The notes under the pieces: model-generated
The model's database searches: none
Seen by the model: the letters and a program-made list of their open reading frames with translations, nothing else
What the model was told of the DNA's origin: nothing
Source: a virus
Reading direction: 5' to 3' (one strand)
DNA: 38,163 nucleotides
IMG/VR virus record: IMGVR_UViG_3300045988_182321
Location: 1 to 38,163 of that record
Translations under genes and position numbers: made by a program
Shown: piece by piece, positions 34,332 to 38,163 of the stretch
Position numbering within the stretch: position 1 is the first letter of the stretch
Layout: each line of letters starts with the position of its first letter

Positions 34332-34819
34332 ACAGCGATATTGAAAAGTTGCTTGATAAAAACGCCGTCATCGTAATGGGCGAGAATGGCGTAGATACGG
34401 AAACGGGCGAGGTGTTCAACCTTGCGGAAAGACTGAACGCTTTGACGGTTGAGAAGAACGAGAAAATCAAAAGCGTTGTCGTGTATCTCGACGACCTGAA
34501 CGGCAAACTTGCAAGCATACGAGAGAAACTCGACAACTACAACAAAATCAAAAAGTCGCTCGAAAGAGAGATTACGGGCTTAACCGATTATCTTCTGTTT
34601 GCGACGGACAAGCAGGGTTTCAAAGACGACGAAATCGAAATGAAAGTCAAAAAGACTATGCGGTGCGTGCTTACGGACGAAACGCTTATCCCCGAACAAT
34701 TCATTAAGACAAAAACGGAAACGAGCATTTCCAAAACGGATATCACGAAAGCGATAAAAGCGGGCGAAACCGTACCGGGCGCAGAAATGCAAGCGAACTA
34801 CTCCGTGCAGATACTGTGA
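34310..34819 (+). CDS. Siphovirus Gp157-like protein (169 aa)
   Basis: MRKLFEINSDIEKLLDKN start, helical, about 160 aa, directly upstream of an annealase as is usual for Gp157-family genes. GGAGGGGAG SD. Confidence 0.55.
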   Translation: MRKLFEINSDIEKLLDKNAVIVMGENGVDTETGEVFNLAERLNALTVEKNEKIKSVVVYLDDLNGKLASIREKLDNYNKIKKSLEREITGLTDYLLFATDKQGFKDDEIEMKVKKTMRCVLTDETLIPEQFIKTKTETSISKTDITKAIKAGETVPGAEMQANYSVQIL

Positions 34820-34827
34820 GGTGACCT

Positions 34828-35472
34828 ATGGATAACTTGGAATTATACAAGAGTTGGGCAGAAGTCCCGAAAGAGGCACAAAAACCGTTCGATAACGGCA
34901 CTTTCAAAGGAACCGACATCAATACCATGTGGCGCATAAAAGTGCTTACGGAAAGGTTCGGAGCGTGCGGCGTAGGCTGGTACTACAATATCAAACGCGT
35001 ATGGAGCGAGAACCTCGGCGACCAATGCGGCGAAATCTTATCGTATGCGGAAATCGAACTTTTCATTAAACACGACGGAGAGTGGAGCAAACCTATCGCA
35101 GGTATCGGCGGCAATAAAATGCTGAAATACGTTCGTAAGAGCGAAGATTTCCGACCGAGCGACGAAGCGTACAAAATGGCAGTAACCGACGCTTTCGGAA
35201 ACGCTTGCAGAAATCTCGGAATCGGCGCAAATACGTATTGGGAGAACGACAAGACCAAATACACGGAAGAGCCGAAGAAAAGCAAAGAAGAGCTAATAAA
35301 AGACGACCGGGCAAAACTGATTGAGGCTAATAAGCCGCAGGATATGACGGTAGCGGAGTTAAAAGCACTTGCTGCCGAACATAACTGTCTTAAACTATCG
35401 GCGGCGGACGAAGCGGACTTCAAGGCGTTTATCAAGGAGTTGAAAGAATGGAAATCATCGACGGAAGAGTAA
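34828..35472 (+). CDS. Rad52-family single-strand annealing protein (Sak-like) (214 aa)
   Basis: WRIKVLTERFGACGVGWYY and SDEAYKMAVTDAFGNACRNLGIGANTYW resemble the Rad52/Sak conserved blocks. Confidence 0.65.
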   Translation: MDNLELYKSWAEVPKEAQKPFDNGTFKGTDINTMWRIKVLTERFGACGVGWYYNIKRVWSENLGDQCGEILSYAEIELFIKHDGEWSKPIAGIGGNKMLKYVRKSEDFRPSDEAYKMAVTDAFGNACRNLGIGANTYWENDKTKYTEEPKKSKEELIKDDRAKLIEANKPQDMTVAELKALAAEHNCLKLSAADEADFKAFIKELKEWKSSTEE

Positions 35473-36113
35473 AGGACTACGACGAGCGCGGAATACTCAC
35501 GGTCGTTGCAGATTACCCGAACGCCGAGCGGTTCATAAATCGCGACTTCAAAACGTGCCGAATTGTCTTAAACGATAGTCGGGAAATATCCGCCGAGCAG
35601 AGAAAAAAGGCATACGCGCTATTAAACGAAATATCCGAGTATATGGGCGAAATGCCCGAATACACGAAGAGATTGTTCAAACTTAAATTCATACACGACA
35701 CGATGAAAGGGCTTGCAGACGGCATATTTTCGCTTTCTGACTGCGACGTGACTACGGCAAAGGAATTTATCACCTATTTGATTGACTTCATAATAGCGCA
35801 CGAAATTCCGACGAGAGTGCCGCTTGCAGAACTGTGCGAAGATGTCCAAAAATACGTTTATGCTTGCGCAATGCAAAAAGTCTGTTGCGTATGCGGCAGG
35901 AAAGCCGACTTGCACCACTACGACGCTATCGGAAGCAAGTACGACCGAAGCAAAGCAGTGCATGAGGGTTTGCGAGCATTGCCGCTATGCCGTGAACATC
36001 ACACCGAAGCGCACAACGTCACAAAAGAAGTGTTTTTGAAAAAATACCATATCGAGCCGATTGTGCTTGATAAAAAACTGTGTAAAAAATGGAGGCTACC
36101 GTATGAATCTTAA
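35448..36113 (+). CDS. Putative HNH-type nuclease (HNHc_6-like) (221 aa)
   Basis: C-terminal CCVCGRKADLHHYDAIG...LPLCREHHTEAHN zinc/HNH-like motif. Confidence 0.6.
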   Translation: MEIIDGRVKDYDERGILTVVADYPNAERFINRDFKTCRIVLNDSREISAEQRKKAYALLNEISEYMGEMPEYTKRLFKLKFIHDTMKGLADGIFSLSDCDVTTAKEFITYLIDFIIAHEIPTRVPLAELCEDVQKYVYACAMQKVCCVCGRKADLHHYDAIGSKYDRSKAVHEGLRALPLCREHHTEAHNVTKEVFLKKYHIEPIVLDKKLCKKWRLPYES

Positions 36114-36621
36114 AGAATTGAGGAACAGCGTCGGCGTACGACAAAGCGAACTCGTAGCCGCGCTGAACAAAGAGGGACTGAAAGCAACCAAAGCGGACAT
36201 CTCCCGAATAGAGAACGGCATAATCGAAACGTACCTGTTTTTAGCGTTCAGAGCCGAGGAACTGCTCAAACGTAAAAGTGTACTCCCGAAAGCGAAAAAC
36301 GCAACAGAGGCGAAATTTGGAAGTTGCAACCGCATTACCGAGCGAGTTATGGAACGTATAGAGCAAAACGGCTTTACGAACTACGAAGATTTGGCGATGA
36401 CGCTTATGACGAGCAACAAGCGCGAAATACGAGCGGCTGTAATGGAAACACGTTGCACTTATCCGATAATCGACCGTGAGGGCGGCGGTTGGGCGTTGGC
36501 AACGACGATAGCCGACTGCGACAAACAGATTGGCATTTACGAGAAAAAGAAGCGCGTGTATTCGTATCAGGAAACGCCGCTTATTGCTAAAAAGTACGAA
36601 CTGCAAAAGGAGAGAGGTTAA
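36103..36621 (+). CDS. HTH DNA-binding protein with C-terminal domain (172 aa)
   Basis: GGAGG SD then ATG 36103. LKELRNSVGVRQSELVAALNKEGLKATKADISRIENG. Confidence 0.6.
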   Translation: MNLKELRNSVGVRQSELVAALNKEGLKATKADISRIENGIIETYLFLAFRAEELLKRKSVLPKAKNATEAKFGSCNRITERVMERIEQNGFTNYEDLAMTLMTSNKREIRAAVMETRCTYPIIDREGGGWALATTIADCDKQIGIYEKKKRVYSYQETPLIAKKYELQKERG

Positions 36622-37358
36622 TGGAAGATTTACAGCAAAGTTTTTATGCGGTGATACCTGCGGACGTGAGATACGACGCGCGGCTTACGGCAAACTCGAA
36701 ACTGCTCTACGGTGAGATAACCGCCCTCTGCAATATGCACGGTTTTTGCTGGGCTAAAAACGAGTATTTCGCCAAGCTTTACGGCACTTCCGAACGCAGT
36801 ATTCAACGCTGGATTGACACTCTCGTTTCGTGCGGTTACATCATCAAAAACTATCTTCACGACGAGCGCGGTTCTTCCTCGGAAAGGTGCATTTCGATAC
36901 AAACGTATCGATTGTCACCCGGTGACAAAAATGTCGTTTACCCCACGACAAAAATGTCGCCCCTTAATAAGGATGAATATTTTAAATATTATAATAATAC
37001 CCCCAAAAGCCCCCAAAGGGGGATTTCGAGTGAGAGAACATCTTTTTCAATCGATGATTACGAGTTATCCGAGGCTATGAAAAGCAAGGTCAGCGAGTGG
37101 GTCGAGTACAAGAAAGAACAGCACAAATTCAAGTATTCGGAGCAAGGCTTCAAGTCGTTTATAAAACAACTTCAAAACTACATAGAAAGTTGCGGAGAAA
37201 ACAACGTCATAAAGGCGATAGACGAAGCAATGGCTAACGGATATAAAGGCGTTGTGTGGGACGTCCTGAAACGCAAGAAAAAGGACAAGCCCGAAAAGAG
37301 TTACACAAGCGAGCAACTCAACGGAATGTTCAATAATCTTGATTACGAGGACTTGTGA
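36621..37358 (+). CDS. Replication initiator-like winged-HTH protein (245 aa)
   Basis: N-terminal LTANSKLLYGEITALCN...NEYFAKLYGTSERSIQRWIDTLVSCGYI resembles the HTH_36 / DnaD-type phage initiator N-terminus. An internal ori-like repeat cluster is present. Confidence 0.55.
   Translation: MEDLQQSFYAVIPADVRYDARLTANSKLLYGEITALCNMHGFCWAKNEYFAKLYGTSERSIQRWIDTLVSCGYIIKNYLHDERGSSSERCISIQTYRLSPGDKNVVYPTTKMSPLNKDEYFKYYNNTPKSPQRGISSERTSFSIDDYELSEAMKSKVSEWVEYKKEQHKFKYSEQGFKSFIKQLQNYIESCGENNVIKAIDEAMANGYKGVVWDVLKRKKKDKPEKSYTSEQLNGMFNNLDYEDL
36912..37022. promoter_or_regulatory. Candidate replication origin inside the initiator gene
   Basis: 17-bp palindrome TTGTCACCcGGTGACAA (36912-36928). Two copies of GACAAAAATGTCG (36924-36936, 36947-36959). 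AT-rich run at about 36968-36999. CCCCC-aaa-GGGGG (37010-37022). Confidence 0.5.
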
Positions 37359-37360
37359 TT

Positions 37361-37474
37361 ATGGAAGAATTAGCGTTCGTGTTGTTCTCCGAGGCGTTCA
37401 TCTTAACGCTTTACGGGATATGGAAAGCAGGCGAAAAAATAACGAATAAAATCGAGGAGAGAAAAAGAAAATGA
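37361..37474 (+). CDS. Possible 37-aa single-TM peptide
   Basis: GAGGAC 8 nt upstream. MEELAFVLFSEAFILTLYGIWKAGEK... Stop overlaps the ssb ATG (ATGA). Confidence 0.35.
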   Translation: MEELAFVLFSEAFILTLYGIWKAGEKITNKIEERKRK

Positions 37475-37896
37475 ACAAATGCGTTTTTATCGGGAATTTA
37501 ACCAAAGACCCCGAGGGCGGCTCGACTACAAGCGGGATATCGTATTCGCGCTTCACTATTGCGGTCAATCGCAGATATACCGATTCCAACGGCGACAGAA
37601 TAACGGATTTTATTCCGGTAACGGCGTGGCGAGGACTTGCCGACAACTGCAACAAATACCTTGTCAAAGGCAACAAAATAGCCGTCGAGGGTCAATTAAA
37701 CGTTTCGACTTACGAAAACGACAAAGGCGAAAGGCGAACAAAGTTTGACATATCCGCCGATACGGTCGAGTTCTTATCTCCGAGAAACGAGGATAAACAG
37801 CCTGCGGAAGATAAGCCTACTGCGACGGTTGCGGATAAGAGCGAAAACAAAAAGTTTACCGACCTGAAAGAAGCCGAGGATGATTTTCCGTTTTGA
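37471..37896 (+). CDS. ssb: Single-stranded DNA-binding protein (141 aa)
   Basis: OB-fold signature (VFIGNLTKDPE, RFTIAVNR, FIPVTAWRGLAD, KGNKIAVEGQL) and acidic C-terminal tip EDDFPF. Confidence 0.93.
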   Translation: MNKCVFIGNLTKDPEGGSTTSGISYSRFTIAVNRRYTDSNGDRITDFIPVTAWRGLADNCNKYLVKGNKIAVEGQLNVSTYENDKGERRTKFDISADTVEFLSPRNEDKQPAEDKPTATVADKSENKKFTDLKEAEDDFPF

Positions 37897-37905
37897 GGTA
37901 ATGTC

Positions 37906-38112
37906 ATGAGAATGCCATATTTGATAAGAACAGACCCGAAAGACCCGCGTGGTGAGCGTATGCAAATAATAATACTTGAAGAATCTACACCGGCACCTAA
38001 ACGCTATTTGCCTGAACGCTACTGCTTGTGTGACGGGTGCAAAAATTCTGATGGTTGCAATTGGAAACCGCTAAAACCACCATATACGAGTTGCGTTGAT
38101 TATAGAGTTTAA
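37906..38112 (+). CDS. Hypothetical Cys-containing protein (68 aa); runs into the terminal duplication
   Basis: GAGGT SD. The last 24 nt are also present at 1-24. Confidence 0.55.
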   Translation: MRMPYLIRTDPKDPRGERMQIIILEESTPAPKRYLPERYCLCDGCKNSDGCNWKPLKPPYTSCVDYRV

Positions 38113-38163
38113 GGAGTAAAAAATGCGACAATTAACTGAAATAAAAAATTTGTCAAAAAAAAC
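38089..38163. repeat. Right copy of exact 75-bp terminal duplication
   Basis: Identical to 1-75. Confidence 0.97.

Larger units (their letters stand above)
1..38163. mobile_element. Complete temperate tailed-phage genome (circular or circularly permuted contig; unique length 38,088 bp)
   Basis: 75-bp exact end overlap. Contains terminase, portal, scaffold, capsid, tail fibre, attP, tyrosine integrase, CI/Cro-type HTH pair, annealase and SSB. No host-like genes. Confidence 0.85.

Noticed and set aside
1-38163. Alternative genetic code (TGA or TAG reassignment)
   Set aside because: Long uninterrupted ORFs with standard stops and tight stop-start coupling (ATGA, TAATG) fit the standard bacterial code. 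No pattern of in-frame stops splits obvious genes.

Overview
The window is one complete temperate tailed-phage genome. Bases 1-75 are identical to 38089-38163, so the contig closes on itself with a unique length of 38,088 bp, and nothing looks like host chromosome.

Module order:
- 35-6752: early/accessory genes. These include a protein built on an 18 x 18-bp tandem repeat, a short C5-methyltransferase-like ORF coupled to a PP-loop/PAPS-reductase-like ORF, a clamp-like ORF, two ASCH/PUA-like ORFs and a RinA/ArpU-like late activator.
- 6758-9407: moron-like cassettes. They include a reverse-strand, terminator-insulated pair encoding an acidic protein plus a mini-HTH.
- 9739-28885: packaging, head and tail genes (small and large terminase, portal, acidic scaffold, capsid, two ~1,030-1,050-aa tail proteins). 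Two membrane-protein genes interrupt them.
- 28901-31149: a three-gene membrane-protein operon in the slot where lysis genes normally sit. I could not recognise an endolysin anywhere in the genome.
- 31150-31415: attP, with a tRNA 3'-end fragment and arm-type repeats.
- 31412-33701: tyrosine integrase, CI-like repressor, a 484-bp ORF-poor switch region, then Cro-like HTH.
- 34310-37896: recombination/replication module (Gp157-like, Rad52-like annealase, HNH-like, HTH, initiator with an internal ori-like repeat cluster, SSB).

All family names come from reading motifs by eye; no database search was possible. Strong GGAGG Shine-Dalgarno sites and TTGACA/TATAAT promoters suggest a Bacillota-type host (low confidence).

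Best candidates for something undescribed:
1. The immunity region. Two consensus promoters face each other about 320 bp apart, and a 15-bp inverted repeat brackets 217 bp. This could be convergent-transcription, inverton or structured-RNA logic.
2. The insulated antisense cassette of an acidic protein plus a 55-aa HTH (Acr-Aca-like).
3. The island of methyltransferase-like, PP-loop and ASCH genes.
4. The endolysin-less membrane-protein trio next to attP.
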